A DNA stretch of 64,000 nt from an uncultured delta proteobacterium (GTDB lineage Bacteria; Myxococcota_A; Polyangia; Polyangiales; Polyangiaceae), in NCBI GenBank assembly GCA_963806225.1, contig CAWDXG010000001.1, positions 416,001 to 480,000 on the forward strand, written 5' to 3'. The notes below the pieces were generated by a model. That model was not told the DNA's origin. It did no database searches and worked only from the letters and a program-made list of their open reading frames with translations. The translations under genes and the position numbers were made by a program. Positions 10,153 through 20,206 of this stretch are shown here, piece after piece (position 1 is the first letter of the stretch; each line of letters opens with the position of its first letter).

Positions 10153-10274
10153 TCACTTCCCAGCGTTCGTGTTACCGGACGTAACAAGCTTGCCACTTCA
10201 TCGTCCGATCCCACAGCAATCCCGCGCACATCATCCTTCGACGCGAAACGCTGCCGGGGTGTTCGTCGCCGCGC

Positions 10275-11588
10275 TCAGCCGCTCGGATCGCGGACGACGG
10301 CCAGCGCGAAGCGCACGAAGCGCGAGCGCAGCTGTTCGCTGGCGAGGGCTCGGTCCACGGCGGGCAGCGTACACAGTCCGCGTACGACCTGGTTCAGGAA
10401 GCGGCTGCCGCGGCCCTCGCCTTCGTCGAAGAGCAGGTCCGGTAGCTTGCCGCGCTCGAGGGCGGTGCGCACTGTCTTCTCGATGGCGTTCCGCGGCACG
10501 CGCGGTTGCTCGGCGCGGCGCTGCATGTGCATGGCGTCCTTGCCGCACGCCAGCACGCACACGCCACAGCCGATGCAGCGCTCCTCGTCGACGCGCGGCT
10601 GGATGTTGTTCTTCTGTGTGCCCTTCACGCGCTTGGGCAGCATGCTGATGGCGCCTACCGGGCACGCACGCGCGCAGCGCGAGCAGCCCTTGCACTTGTC
10701 GGTGTCGCTCGTCGCCGAGAAACCGCTGGGGTTCACCGCACGGAGGTCGTAGTCGTTGATGGCCCGCAGCTGGCCGCAGCAGCAGCCGCAGCAGCTGCAC
10801 ACGTATGTTGGCCGATCCTGCACGTTGTCGGCTATCTGCACGAGCTTGTGCTCGCGCGCCTTGTAGAGCAGTTCGAGCGCTTCCGTGCGCTCGACGGCGC
10901 GCCCGAATTGCCGGCGCACCACGAAGTCCGCGCCGGCGTTGAGCGATAGGCACGTGTCTACCGGCGCGTCGCACTGCTCGCCAAGGTGCTCGGCCTTGTG
11001 CCGGCAATAGCAGTACGACACCGCGACGCTGCGCGCATCATCGATCAGCGCCGTGGCGCGCTCCCACTCGAGCACGTCGGGCAACACCTCGGGCGCGAGC
11101 ACGGTCTCGTGCACCAGCGTGCGCCCGAGCACCGTCTCGCCGCCGAACACCTCGTCGGCGAAGGTCGGGTCGCCGTGGCAGTACGCATCCAGGGCCTCCG
11201 CCATGCGCCGTTTGGGGATCATGTCGCTGGCGCGCATCATCGAGAACTCGAAGAAGCCCACCACCGGTGGTGCGAGTAACCAGCGCACCTCGCCGGTGCG
11301 CGGATGCACGATATCCATCACCACACCCTTGTCCGCCATCGCGCCGAGCTTCGGCTCGAGCTCCGCGGGCGCCAGGCCCACGCGCCGCGCGACCGCCTCG
11401 AGAGTCGACGGCATCAGCGGCAAGCGCGACGCGATCGCCGCCTCCTCCGGCGTGTAGAGGATCTCGAGGATCTCCTGCCAGCCGCGCCGCGCCCGGTCGT
11501 CATCGGGCTCGGGCATGCCAATGGGGTTCGCGTCCAGCCGGGCGCCGAGCGCGGCGTACTCCGCCTTGAGGTGTCCGAGGTGTCCCAC
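10275..11588 (-). CDS. Multi-cluster 4Fe-4S ferredoxin-domain protein
   Basis: C-terminal 437 aa of ORF 10275..13637 from GTG 11588; CYCRH, CSCCGCCC, CKGCSRCARACP and CIGCGVCVLAC motifs. Confidence 0.85.
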   Translation of the reverse strand: MGHLGHLKAEYAALGARLDANPIGMPEPDDDRARRGWQEILEILYTPEEAAIASRLPLMPSTLEAVARRVGLAPAELEPKLGAMADKGVVMDIVHPRTGEVRWLLAPPVVGFFEFSMMRASDMIPKRRMAEALDAYCHGDPTFADEVFGGETVLGRTLVHETVLAPEVLPDVLEWERATALIDDARSVAVSYCYCRHKAEHLGEQCDAPVDTCLSLNAGADFVVRRQFGRAVERTEALELLYKAREHKLVQIADNVQDRPTYVCSCCGCCCGQLRAINDYDLRAVNPSGFSATSDTDKCKGCSRCARACPVGAISMLPKRVKGTQKNNIQPRVDEERCIGCGVCVLACGKDAMHMQRRAEQPRVPRNAIEKTVRTALERGKLPDLLFDEGEGRGSRFLNQVVRGLCTLPAVDRALASEQLRSRFVRFALAVVRDPSG

Positions 11589-11776
11589 GCCGGCCAGTAT
11601 AGACGCAGTGCCGGCACTACCGGGGGTTTCCTGGCCTCGACTCCCGCGCCGGGCCGCTGTGCCGGCGTCGGAGCTCGACGCGCCGAGCGTCAGACGGCGG
11701 CGGCCTGCTGGGAATTGAACGAGCGGTTCTACGGATCCGACGAGGCTCGAGGCGGACGTGCGCTGCCGGATGTCCG

Positions 11777-13735
11777 CTACTTCGCCAGCTCGTAAACGAC
11801 GCTGAACACGGCGATCAAGACGCCCATGATGCTCTCGCCGGCGATCAGGCCGGAGGCGACGGGGATGGTGTAGGTCTCGGAGGCTTCCTTGTTCTTCTTG
11901 GCGAACCACCAGGCGGCCAGCGCGCCCAGGAACATGCTGATCGAGTTCCATGCGGGAATCACGAAGGCGAGGCCGAGGCCGGTGGGGGAGGGGATGAGGT
12001 GGCGGTGATCGGAGAAGCGCCGCTCGAGCCAGGTGATGATGATACCGGCGGCGCCGCCGATGGCCATCGCCCAGAGCGCCGTGGGATCCAGCGCGTGCAC
12101 GCCCTTGCCAAGCAGTTCCGCGACGGCCTTCCACACCTGCGCGGCGGGCGCGGGGAACTTGTCGCCGCCGAGCACGCTGGCGTCCGGAACCAGCAGGTAG
12201 AAGCCGGGCACGGCGACCAGCGTGCCGGCGAACACGCCGAAAAACTGCGCGAGGAACTGCTTCTTGGGGTTCGCTCCGAGCAGGTAGCCGCTCTTCAGAT
12301 CCGTGAGCAGGTCGGCGCTCGACGCCGCGATCGACGACGTGACGTTCGCGGTCATCAGGTTCGCGGTGATGTTCTGCGGGATCAGGATGCCGTAGGTGAG
12401 CTGAGTGATCTTGCCCAGGGCGCCGATCGGCGTCGTGTCCGTCTCGCCCGTCGCGCGGCACGCCACGATCGCGAGCACGGCGCTGATCAGCACGGCCAGG
12501 ATGCCGAGCCACACCGGGATGTGGAAGGCCCAGCGGTTGATCGCGACCGCGCCAATCGACGCGAGGGTCACGCCGACGACGAACCACGACGTGGGCACCT
12601 CGATGCGCGCCATCGGGTCGCTTCCGGGCGGCGGCTTGTTCTTCGAGAACATCCTGGCGAGGCCCGAGAAGGCGCGGGCCAGCGTGCGCCACTGCAGGCC
12701 GAAGTTGAGCAGCGCCGCGGTGGTCATCAGCGAGACGCCGCCCCACACGCTCCACGACACGATGCCGCGGTAGCCGAGCACGTCGATGACCATTCCGTGC
12801 CCCGAGGCCGCCGGCCAGTGGTGCATGATCGGAGCGAGGATGCCCCAGCAGAGGAACGCGCCGACCAGCATCGACGCGCCCACGCGGATGCCCATGATCG
12901 CGCCCGCCGCGACCAGGATCAGCGACATCTCCAACGAGAACGTGTAGCCGTGCGGCGCGACCACCGTCGCGGCCTTGTCCCAGCCGAGCTTCTTGAACCA
13001 CTTGTGGAGCGGCAAGAACGGCGGCACCGTGATCCAGTGCGCCCACGTTCCCAGGTGGAAGCGCCCGGTGAAGTCGGCCATGCCGTCGCGCAGGAACGCG
13101 AGCACGGCGCCGATGCCCATGCCCCAGAACAGCGCCCGCGCCTTCTTCAGCGCCTCCGAGCCCTCGGTGAAGAGCGAGCGCAGCGTCACGGCCGCCGCGG
13201 TGCCCGACGGGAACGGCAGTTGCTCGATGTTGATCATGTTGCGCTTCATGGGCACCGCCATGAACACGCCGAGCATGGCCAGGAAGAACACCAGACCCAT
13301 CACCAGCAGCATCGGCAAATGGTGCTTGGTGATCATCAGGTACGCGCTGAAGGCGCTGACCAGCGTCGATGCCGTCGAGTAGCCGGCCGCCGACGCCGTC
13401 GACTGCATGCAGTTGTTCTCGAGGATCGACGGCTCGCTGCCGAGGATGGGGCGCAGGACCTTGAAGATGGCCCAGCTCATGATGCAAGCGGTGATCGCGA
13501 CGCCGAGCCCCCAGCCGGTCTTCAACCCGACGTACAGGTTCGAGAACGCCATGAACGACCCGAGCACGAGCCCCATCACCACGGCGCGCACCGTGAGCTG
13601 TGGCACGTCGTCGCCCTGGTAGACGTTCTCGAGCCACTCCATCTCAACGTCGCTGCGACCGTGGTCGGGCTTTTCGTCGGTTTCGGATGGGGGCGGTTCT
13701 TCGGGTTGTCCGGAAGGGGCGACCGGTTCAGCCAT
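11777..13735 (-). CDS. OPT-family oligopeptide/metal-chelate transporter
   Basis: QLTVRAVVMG, NLYVGLKTG, ENNCMQSTASA, LPFPSGTA, DLLTDLKSGYLLG, SGLIAGES. Confidence 0.92.
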   Translation of the reverse strand: MAEPVAPSGQPEEPPPSETDEKPDHGRSDVEMEWLENVYQGDDVPQLTVRAVVMGLVLGSFMAFSNLYVGLKTGWGLGVAITACIMSWAIFKVLRPILGSEPSILENNCMQSTASAAGYSTASTLVSAFSAYLMITKHHLPMLLVMGLVFFLAMLGVFMAVPMKRNMINIEQLPFPSGTAAAVTLRSLFTEGSEALKKARALFWGMGIGAVLAFLRDGMADFTGRFHLGTWAHWITVPPFLPLHKWFKKLGWDKAATVVAPHGYTFSLEMSLILVAAGAIMGIRVGASMLVGAFLCWGILAPIMHHWPAASGHGMVIDVLGYRGIVSWSVWGGVSLMTTAALLNFGLQWRTLARAFSGLARMFSKNKPPPGSDPMARIEVPTSWFVVGVTLASIGAVAINRWAFHIPVWLGILAVLISAVLAIVACRATGETDTTPIGALGKITQLTYGILIPQNITANLMTANVTSSIAASSADLLTDLKSGYLLGANPKKQFLAQFFGVFAGTLVAVPGFYLLVPDASVLGGDKFPAPAAQVWKAVAELLGKGVHALDPTALWAMAIGGAAGIIITWLERRFSDHRHLIPSPTGLGLAFVIPAWNSISMFLGALAAWWFAKKNKEASETYTIPVASGLIAGESIMGVLIAVFSVVYELAK

Positions 13736-13818
13736 GGCCGCCCGTAGCCGCAACGTCGTGCCGCCGCAACATGAACTGCTTGACGGAGCGCGTCATCGCG
13801 GCGTGGTACGATGGCGGG

Positions 13819-14679
13819 ATGCGGTTGCTTCGTGGGGTGGCGCTAGCGACCTTGGTGCTCGCGGGTTGCGGGGGCTCGGTGATCAGCGCGGACAACGCGA
13901 GCGGCGGAAGCGCCGGGACTGGTGGCGCCGTCGGTACGGGGGGCAGCGGTGGCACGGGCGGCGGCGCCGGTGCGGGAGCGGTCGGTGGCAGCGCAGGCTT
14001 CGACGCCGGCTCGCCCGTGTGCCAGGCGGCGGCGAACAAGCTGGCGGACGAGCTTGGCGGCGCGGCTTCGTCGTGCACTGTGGCGGTACGGCTGTCGTCG
14101 TCTTTCGCGATCCAGGGCTACGCGGTGTTCTGCAGCGGGTACGCCAAGCCCGATGAAGCGACCGCCCGCAATCAGGCACAGACCGACACCGGGCTGACGT
14201 ACGGATGCTCGCCCGCGCCCTCGCTCACCGGATCGCAGCCGGGCGACGAGTTCGTGTTCCTCGAGCCCGCGACCGCCGCGGCGTGCGCCTGTTGCGGAGA
14301 CGGGTGGGTCGCCGCCGTGAGCGCCCGCAACGGGCTCACCGTGTTCGGCCAGCCACTGCTGATGGGGGCGAAACCGGACGGCAAAGGCTATCCGGCGATC
14401 TGGAAGCCCGCGTCGGATCTCGCGTCCCATTGTCCTGCGCCCGCCCCGCTGCCGTCGGCGCGTGGCTTCGACTTCGCGGGCTTCTCCAGCCAGGGTGCGA
14501 AGCTCGACGACGCCTCGATCCACTCCGCGCTCGAAGCCGTGTGGCAGACCGCGCTCCCAGCGGCCTACGCCAAGAAGCAGTACATCTTCGACGCCGTCGT
14601 GCTGCGCAGCGCCGGCACGTTCATGGACAGCGTCCCGGCCGACTACATCGTGCTCGTGAACTCGGGCTGGCTGGAGTAG
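13819..14679 (+). CDS. Hypothetical lipoprotein with Gly-rich linker
   Basis: MRLLRGVALATLVLAGC lipobox, GGxGG linker, Cys-rich globular domain. Confidence 0.75.
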   Translation: MRLLRGVALATLVLAGCGGSVISADNASGGSAGTGGAVGTGGSGGTGGGAGAGAVGGSAGFDAGSPVCQAAANKLADELGGAASSCTVAVRLSSSFAIQGYAVFCSGYAKPDEATARNQAQTDTGLTYGCSPAPSLTGSQPGDEFVFLEPATAAACACCGDGWVAAVSARNGLTVFGQPLLMGAKPDGKGYPAIWKPASDLASHCPAPAPLPSARGFDFAGFSSQGAKLDDASIHSALEAVWQTALPAAYAKKQYIFDAVVLRSAGTFMDSVPADYIVLVNSGWLE

Positions 14680-14694
14680 GGCCGCGTTCTGCGC

Positions 14695-14940
14695 CTATGG
14701 ATGCTTCGGCGCGCGGGGTCCGTGCAGGGCGCGTTTCTCGGCGCGCTCGCGCTCTGCCTCGTCCTCGTCGGACGGATGGTTGTCGAAGCGCGTGACGCCG
14801 ATGAGGTAGACGAAGGCGATGAGGGCAGCCAAGGCGGCGATGGCGTAGACGAGGAAGTACCAGCCCTGGACGAACGAGATGATGAGCAGGGTCACGACGA
14901 TGATCGCGAACCACTGGATGCCTTTCAGGTGCCTCTGCAT
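14695..14940 (-). CDS. Small two-TM membrane protein
   Basis: MQRHLKGIQWFAIIVVTLLII.. two hydrophobic helices and a charged tail; GGAG upstream. Confidence 0.6.
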   Translation of the reverse strand: MQRHLKGIQWFAIIVVTLLIISFVQGWYFLVYAIAALAALIAFVYLIGVTRFDNHPSDEDEAERERAEKRALHGPRAPKHP

Positions 14941-15071
14941 GCGACGGACTCCGGTGATGGTGCGTACTTGTTGAGGGGCAATCGCCGTGCCGCACCCTGC
15001 CGCACCTACGGTGTGCAATCCGCGCAGCTGGTGCGCTCGTGGCTTGTGGGCGTGCAAGCTTTGCCCGGCCG

Positions 15072-15956
15072 CTACTGCGCTTCGACGCCGCGCCGCGGCT
15101 CCCACACGGCGAGCATCACGGCGGCGAGCGTGATCGCGCAGCCCACCAGTACCTGTCCGGCGGGGACTTCGCTGAGCAACCACCACGCGAGCAGCGTGGC
15201 CAGCGCGGGCTCGCCCACGGTGGCCATGCCGACCACGGTGGGGCGGAGCTCGCGCAGCGCCCAGGTGAGCATGCCGTGTCCGACGAGCTGCGGGACGAGC
15301 GCGGCCAGCACCAGATAGCCGAAAGCGCGCGTCGAGGAGACTGCGATCGGCACGCCCGCCACCAGCGCGCTGGCGAGCAGGGAGACTGCGCCCACCGCGC
15401 AGGCCACGCCTGAAAACGACCACACCTCGAGGCGCGTCCCGTGCGAGCGCGCTATCAGTAGATAGAACGCCATCGCGAACGCACCGAGCAGCGCGAGCCC
15501 GTCGCCCGCGAGCGCGCTGCCACGGGCCGACAGATCGTGACCGCCGATGAGCCCGACACCGACAAGAGCGAGCGCGATGGCGACGTAGTGCCGGCGGTCC
15601 GGACGATCGCGCCCCGTCATCATCGCGATCACCGCGAGCAGCAGCGGCGTCGCGGTGACGATCGTGACCGAAGCGGCGACGCTCGTCATCGCGAGCGAGC
15701 TCACCCACGTGCCGAAATGCACGGCGTAGAGCAGCCCGCACAGCACCGCAGAACGCAGGATCGTCCGCGGCAGCTTTCGCGCGAGCCACCCGCGGACGAC
15801 CATCGGCGCGAGCAGCACCGCCGCCACGGAGAGACGCACGGCGGCTTCGACCAGAGGGTGCGTCAGCGCCGCAGCCCGGAACAGGATCGCCGCGGAAGAG
15901 ATGGACAGGACGCCCAGCGCCACGGCGGCAGTCGCGCGGCTGTGTCCTGCCCGCAT
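15072..15956 (-). CDS. DMT/EamA-family transporter
   Basis: About 10 TM helices; HFGTWVSSLAMTSVA, GDGLALLGA, PQLVGHG, EPALATLLA. Confidence 0.9.
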   Translation of the reverse strand: MRAGHSRATAAVALGVLSISSAAILFRAAALTHPLVEAAVRLSVAAVLLAPMVVRGWLARKLPRTILRSAVLCGLLYAVHFGTWVSSLAMTSVAASVTIVTATPLLLAVIAMMTGRDRPDRRHYVAIALALVGVGLIGGHDLSARGSALAGDGLALLGAFAMAFYLLIARSHGTRLEVWSFSGVACAVGAVSLLASALVAGVPIAVSSTRAFGYLVLAALVPQLVGHGMLTWALRELRPTVVGMATVGEPALATLLAWWLLSEVPAGQVLVGCAITLAAVMLAVWEPRRGVEAQ

Positions 15957-16140
15957 GGTTGCCGACCATGCCACAGGCGGGGTGCGGCGAGCCGCTCAGT
16001 TGCAGCTCACCGCGACCCTGCTGTTCTTGTCGCCCGGAAAACCGCTGACGCACACCGACGTGTGAGCTCGCCCGGGTGGCAGTCGCCCGGGTTGACGCGC
16101 CAACTGCGTTCGCGGACGATCGACGGTAGTATCATCCGCA

Positions 16141-18321
16141 ATGACCGCCCGGGCCTGTCTTGTCATGTTCCTGTGTGCCCTGGGCATGCTTCTGCCCGGT
16201 TGCGGTTCCAAAGCGGAAGTGACGCACCGCGAGCCGCCGCCGGAGTGCTCTTCCGCGGCATCGGCGTCGCTCGAGCAGGTGGATCCGGGGACGCTCGGCG
16301 TGTACCTGGACGCGGCGCCCGATCCGGCGATCGGGATCCTCCACGACGACGTCCAGGGCTACCTGCAGAAGGCGTGGGAGCTCCCGGGGCTGGGCGTGGC
16401 CAGCGGCGCGCCGCCCGCGACGAAGCAGAACGTCGTGTGGATCACGACGTCGCAGGCGGCGCGTGACAAGCTCGGTACCAGCATTACCGACGGCTACGTG
16501 CTCGGTCGCGTGGCGGACGGCAAGCGCACGTTGTGGATCGTGTACGCGCCGGACGCCACGAACCTGGCCTACGGCGCCTACGCCTTCCTCGAGGAGCTCG
16601 GCTTCCGTTTCTTCCACCCGAAGCAGGAGCTCGTGCCGGAGCTCGGCGGCGTCTATCTGCCCGCCAAGCTCGACGTGACGCGCAAGCCCGCGTTCCACAC
16701 GCGGGGTATCCAGCCGCATACGCTGCACCCCATCGGCTTCATGATGCCGTTCAACGTCCCGGGGAAACAGAACCTGGCCGACGCCAAGCACTTCATCGAC
16801 TGGTTGGTGAAGACGGGCCAGAACTACGTGCAGTGGCCGCTGCTGGAAGAGCCGTCGTTCCCTGCCTTCGCCCAGCACGCCCAGGCCATCGTCGACTACG
16901 CCCACATGCGCGGGGTGCGCGTCGGGGCCGTGGTGGAGATGTTCAAGGCCTCCTCGCTGCAGAACAACTACGTGCTCATCCAGAACAATGCCCAGTGGCA
17001 GAGCGAGCTCGAGGCGGGGCTCGACCGGCTCATGACCGTGAACTGGGACGTGGTGGAGCTGGCGCTCGGCGAGTTCGTCGGCAACGACCCGTCCGAGGTG
17101 GTCAACTGGCTCGACCACGCCACCCAGTACATGGCCGATCACTATCCGGCCGTCGAAGTCTCCTCCCAGGTGCACGTTGGCAACTATCCGGGCCTGTGGG
17201 TGCAGTACCAGGGGAAGACGACGTTCTTCTATCACCTCGAGGGTTACGCGGATCCGCGGCTGACGAACAACGTCCATACGGTCTACTTTTTCGACCTGTA
17301 CCGCGACTGGGGCACGTACAAGCACGACAACTTCTTCTTCCAGCGCGACTACCTCTTCCAGCAGCTGTCGAAGCGCAAGGTGCGCTACTTCCCCGAGGAG
17401 GCCTACTGGATCGGCGGCGACATCGACATCCCGCAGTTCCTTCCCGAGTACATCTACTCGCGCTGGCTCGACATCCACAATCTGGCTCGGGACATCGACA
17501 AGAAGGGGCTGCCGCGGCTTGACGGTCACGTGCTCTTCTCCTCCGGAGAGGAGTGGAACTACTGGCTCACCGACTACCTGGTCGCGAAGATGTTGTGGTC
17601 GCCCCAGGCGCCGTTCGAGGACTCGCTCCGGCACTACACCTCCGCGTTCGGTCCCTGCGGTACGGAGCTGGAGCAGGATCTGGAAAAGCTAGTCGGTCTG
17701 CAGAGCAAGTACCTGTTCGACCAGCGACTGGTCGGCTACATCTCGGGCGAGAACAGCACGCTCGATCTGGGCTGGGTCGCCGGCTACGAGAGCCATCCCC
17801 GCCGCAAGAGCTACGAGGAAGTGGCGAAGATGGATCCTGCCGCGCAGAAGCAGTTCCAGCACGACGTGGTCGACGCGCTCGACGACATGAAGCGGGCCAT
17901 CGCTCCGCTCTCGAAGTCCGTACGGGAGGTCTGTGGCACGGCCGACGATGCTCTGCGCCCCTGGTGCAACGAGCTCGCGGACGGTTTCGAGATCGACCAC
18001 CTGAGGGCGGAGCACGCGGTGTTGCTCTACCGCGCCGTGCTCGACTGGAGTCGCGGCGGCAGCCAGCACGCGACGCTCCTGAAGCAGGCTGCCGTCGTGC
18101 GCGCCCGGGCCACCAAGGTCGTGGCCCGGCGCGAAAAGGGCTATCGCTTCGACCTGCACCGCATGGTCGACGACTACAAGAACCTCACCATCTACCCATT
18201 CGGCTACTTGCGCACTGCCCACAACCTGTGCTTCTGGCAGCGGCAGGAGCAGCAGGCCAGTACGCTGATCGACACGGGCTACCCCGCTTCGATCGCCAAG
18301 CTGCCGAGTTGTCAGGACTGA
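16141..18321 (+). CDS. Large lipoprotein, possible glycoside hydrolase-like fold
   Basis: Lipobox LLPGC; AYGAYAFLEELGFRFFHP..P.F..RG resembles the GH20/GH67-type N-terminal domain preceding a catalytic barrel. Confidence 0.6.
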   Translation: MTARACLVMFLCALGMLLPGCGSKAEVTHREPPPECSSAASASLEQVDPGTLGVYLDAAPDPAIGILHDDVQGYLQKAWELPGLGVASGAPPATKQNVVWITTSQAARDKLGTSITDGYVLGRVADGKRTLWIVYAPDATNLAYGAYAFLEELGFRFFHPKQELVPELGGVYLPAKLDVTRKPAFHTRGIQPHTLHPIGFMMPFNVPGKQNLADAKHFIDWLVKTGQNYVQWPLLEEPSFPAFAQHAQAIVDYAHMRGVRVGAVVEMFKASSLQNNYVLIQNNAQWQSELEAGLDRLMTVNWDVVELALGEFVGNDPSEVVNWLDHATQYMADHYPAVEVSSQVHVGNYPGLWVQYQGKTTFFYHLEGYADPRLTNNVHTVYFFDLYRDWGTYKHDNFFFQRDYLFQQLSKRKVRYFPEEAYWIGGDIDIPQFLPEYIYSRWLDIHNLARDIDKKGLPRLDGHVLFSSGEEWNYWLTDYLVAKMLWSPQAPFEDSLRHYTSAFGPCGTELEQDLEKLVGLQSKYLFDQRLVGYISGENSTLDLGWVAGYESHPRRKSYEEVAKMDPAAQKQFQHDVVDALDDMKRAIAPLSKSVREVCGTADDALRPWCNELADGFEIDHLRAEHAVLLYRAVLDWSRGGSQHATLLKQAAVVRARATKVVARREKGYRFDLHRMVDDYKNLTIYPFGYLRTAHNLCFWQRQEQQASTLIDTGYPASIAKLPSCQD

Positions 18322-18336
18322 ACAAGGAGTCGCCCC

Positions 18337-18756
18337 ATGCGCATCGCATTTCTGCTCGCCGCCGCCACTGCGCTGCTCGCCGCCTGCTCCTCGGGTAACA
18401 GTGGAAACGACGTGAGCGGCCTGTCGCCGACCTGGACCAACGTGTACTCGGCTGTTGTCGCCAAGAGGTGTCTGCCGTGCCACGCGACAAGCACGGGCGT
18501 GTCGCTAGGCAAGCTCGACCTGAGCTCCAAGGACAAGGCCTACGCGAATCTACTGAACGTGGCCGCCCAGGGCTCGGCGTGTGCCGGCCAGGGCACGCTG
18601 GTCGTGCCGGGCCAGGCGGGCTCGAGCCTCCTCTACCAGAAGGTCGGCAGCTCGCCGCCCTGCGGCTTGACGATGCCCTTCCAGGTGGCGCCGCTTTCAG
18701 GCAGCGAGAAGAGCCTGATCAAGGACTGGATCAACGGCGGCGCGACGAACAACTGA
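18337..18756 (+). CDS. Monoheme cytochrome c lipoprotein (planctomycete-type)
   Basis: Lipobox LLAAC; CLPCH; VVPG..S.LYQKV..MP..LS..E..LIKDWI..GA. Confidence 0.8.
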   Translation: MRIAFLLAAATALLAACSSGNSGNDVSGLSPTWTNVYSAVVAKRCLPCHATSTGVSLGKLDLSSKDKAYANLLNVAAQGSACAGQGTLVVPGQAGSSLLYQKVGSSPPCGLTMPFQVAPLSGSEKSLIKDWINGGATNN

Positions 18757-18847
18757 GCGCCGGCACGCCTCGTCGGGCGCCGTCTGGTAGCATGGGTCCG
18801 GCCAGAAGCCGGATCAGTTATTCGCCGGATCGCCCCGGAGGTGGGTC

Positions 18848-20194
18848 ATGAGAGCAGTGGTATTGTGCGGGGCCGTGCTGTGCTCCGCTTTGCTGGGCGC
18901 GGCAGCGTGTTCAGGTTCGTCGAACGGCGCGCAGGCAGGGGACGGAGGTTCGACCGGTGGTGCGGGCGGGACGGCCGGCTCCGGCGGCTCGGCGGGAGCC
19001 GCGGGCGGCGGTGGCACGGCGGGCACGGCGGGCACCGCGGGCACGGCGGGCACCGCGAGCGGCGATCAGTACGGGCCCTGGGCGGGCGGTGCGACCTACT
19101 ACAAGAAGTTCGCGCACGGGCCGCCGTCGGATGCGTCCTTCTTTCCCATCACGGTCTGGCTGCAGAGCCCAGGCAGTGCCGGGGCCTACCAGGCGATAGG
19201 CATCAACACTTTCGTGGGTCTGTACCAGGGCCCGACCGACAGCATGCTCTCGACTTTGAAGACGGCGGGCATGCCGGTCGCCTGCGACCAGAACTCCGTA
19301 GGGCTCGCTCACGTGACCGATCCGACCATCGTCGCGTGGACGCAGCAGGACGAGCCGGACAACGCGCAACCCGCCAGCGGCGGAGGCTACGGGCCGTGCG
19401 TGCCGGCGTCGACAATCCAGAGCCTGTACCAGCAGCTGCGCGCCAACGACGCGACGCGCCCCGTGTTCCTGAACCTGGGCCAGGGCGTCGCCAACGACGG
19501 CTACGTCGGTTGGGGCAGCGTCTGCAGCAAGACGCACCCCGGCGACTACCCCGACTACATCAAGGGATCGGACATCATCTCATTCGATATCTACCCTTCG
19601 AATTCGACCGATCCGAACGTGCAGGACAAGCTCTGGCTGGTGGCGAAGGGCGTGGACAATCTCGTCAGCTGGTCCGGCGGCAAGAAGCCCGTGTGGAACT
19701 GGATCGAGTGCACCGGCATCCACGACCCGGCAGGTAAACCGACGCCGGACGAGGTGAAGGCCGAAGTCTGGATGTCGATCGTCCACGGCTCGATGGGCAT
19801 TGGCTACTTCGTCCACCAATTCCAGCCCAGCTTCGACGAGCACGCGCTGCTCGATGATCCGACGATGAAGGCTGCAGTCGCGGCTATCAACCAGCAGATC
19901 CACGACCTGGCTCCCGTCCTCAACACGCCGCCCATCGTCAACGGCGGCAGCGTCTCCTCGTCGGACCCGAACGTTCCCGTCGACATGTTGCTCAAGCGGC
20001 AGGGTGGCGCGACGTACATCTTCGCCGTCGATATGCGCGGCACGGCCACGCACGCCACGTTCGGCGGCTTGACGAACCTGCCGCCCGGTGCGCAGGCAGT
20101 CGTGATCGGCGAAAGCCGGCAGATCCCCATCAGCGGCGCCGCATTCGAGGACGACTTCGCCGCCTGGGGCGTGCACCTCTACCGGATCCAGTGA
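18848..20194 (+). CDS. Lipoprotein, putative clan GH-A glycoside hydrolase
   Basis: Lipobox GAAAC, Gly linker, AWTQQDEPDN, DIISFDIYP, WNWIEC; C-terminal beta-sandwich. Confidence 0.7.
   Translation: MRAVVLCGAVLCSALLGAAACSGSSNGAQAGDGGSTGGAGGTAGSGGSAGAAGGGGTAGTAGTAGTAGTASGDQYGPWAGGATYYKKFAHGPPSDASFFPITVWLQSPGSAGAYQAIGINTFVGLYQGPTDSMLSTLKTAGMPVACDQNSVGLAHVTDPTIVAWTQQDEPDNAQPASGGGYGPCVPASTIQSLYQQLRANDATRPVFLNLGQGVANDGYVGWGSVCSKTHPGDYPDYIKGSDIISFDIYPSNSTDPNVQDKLWLVAKGVDNLVSWSGGKKPVWNWIECTGIHDPAGKPTPDEVKAEVWMSIVHGSMGIGYFVHQFQPSFDEHALLDDPTMKAAVAAINQQIHDLAPVLNTPPIVNGGSVSSSDPNVPVDMLLKRQGGATYIFAVDMRGTATHATFGGLTNLPPGAQAVVIGESRQIPISGAAFEDDFAAWGVHLYRIQ
19013..19057 (+). repeat. 9-bp tandem repeat encoding (GTA)5 linker
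   Basis: GGCAC(G/C)GCG x5. Confidence 0.7.
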
Positions 20195-20206
20195 GGGCTG
20201 GTCGCG

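Noticed and set aside
5340..10270. Intact tRNA-anchored island with attR
   Set aside because: No duplicate of the tRNA-Cys 3' end and no recombinase gene found by eye
10275..13637. 1120-aa ORF as one giant ferredoxin fusion
   Set aside because: The N-terminal ~680 aa are an Arg/Gly-rich off-frame shadow of the OPT gene; protein-like sequence starts at GTG 11588
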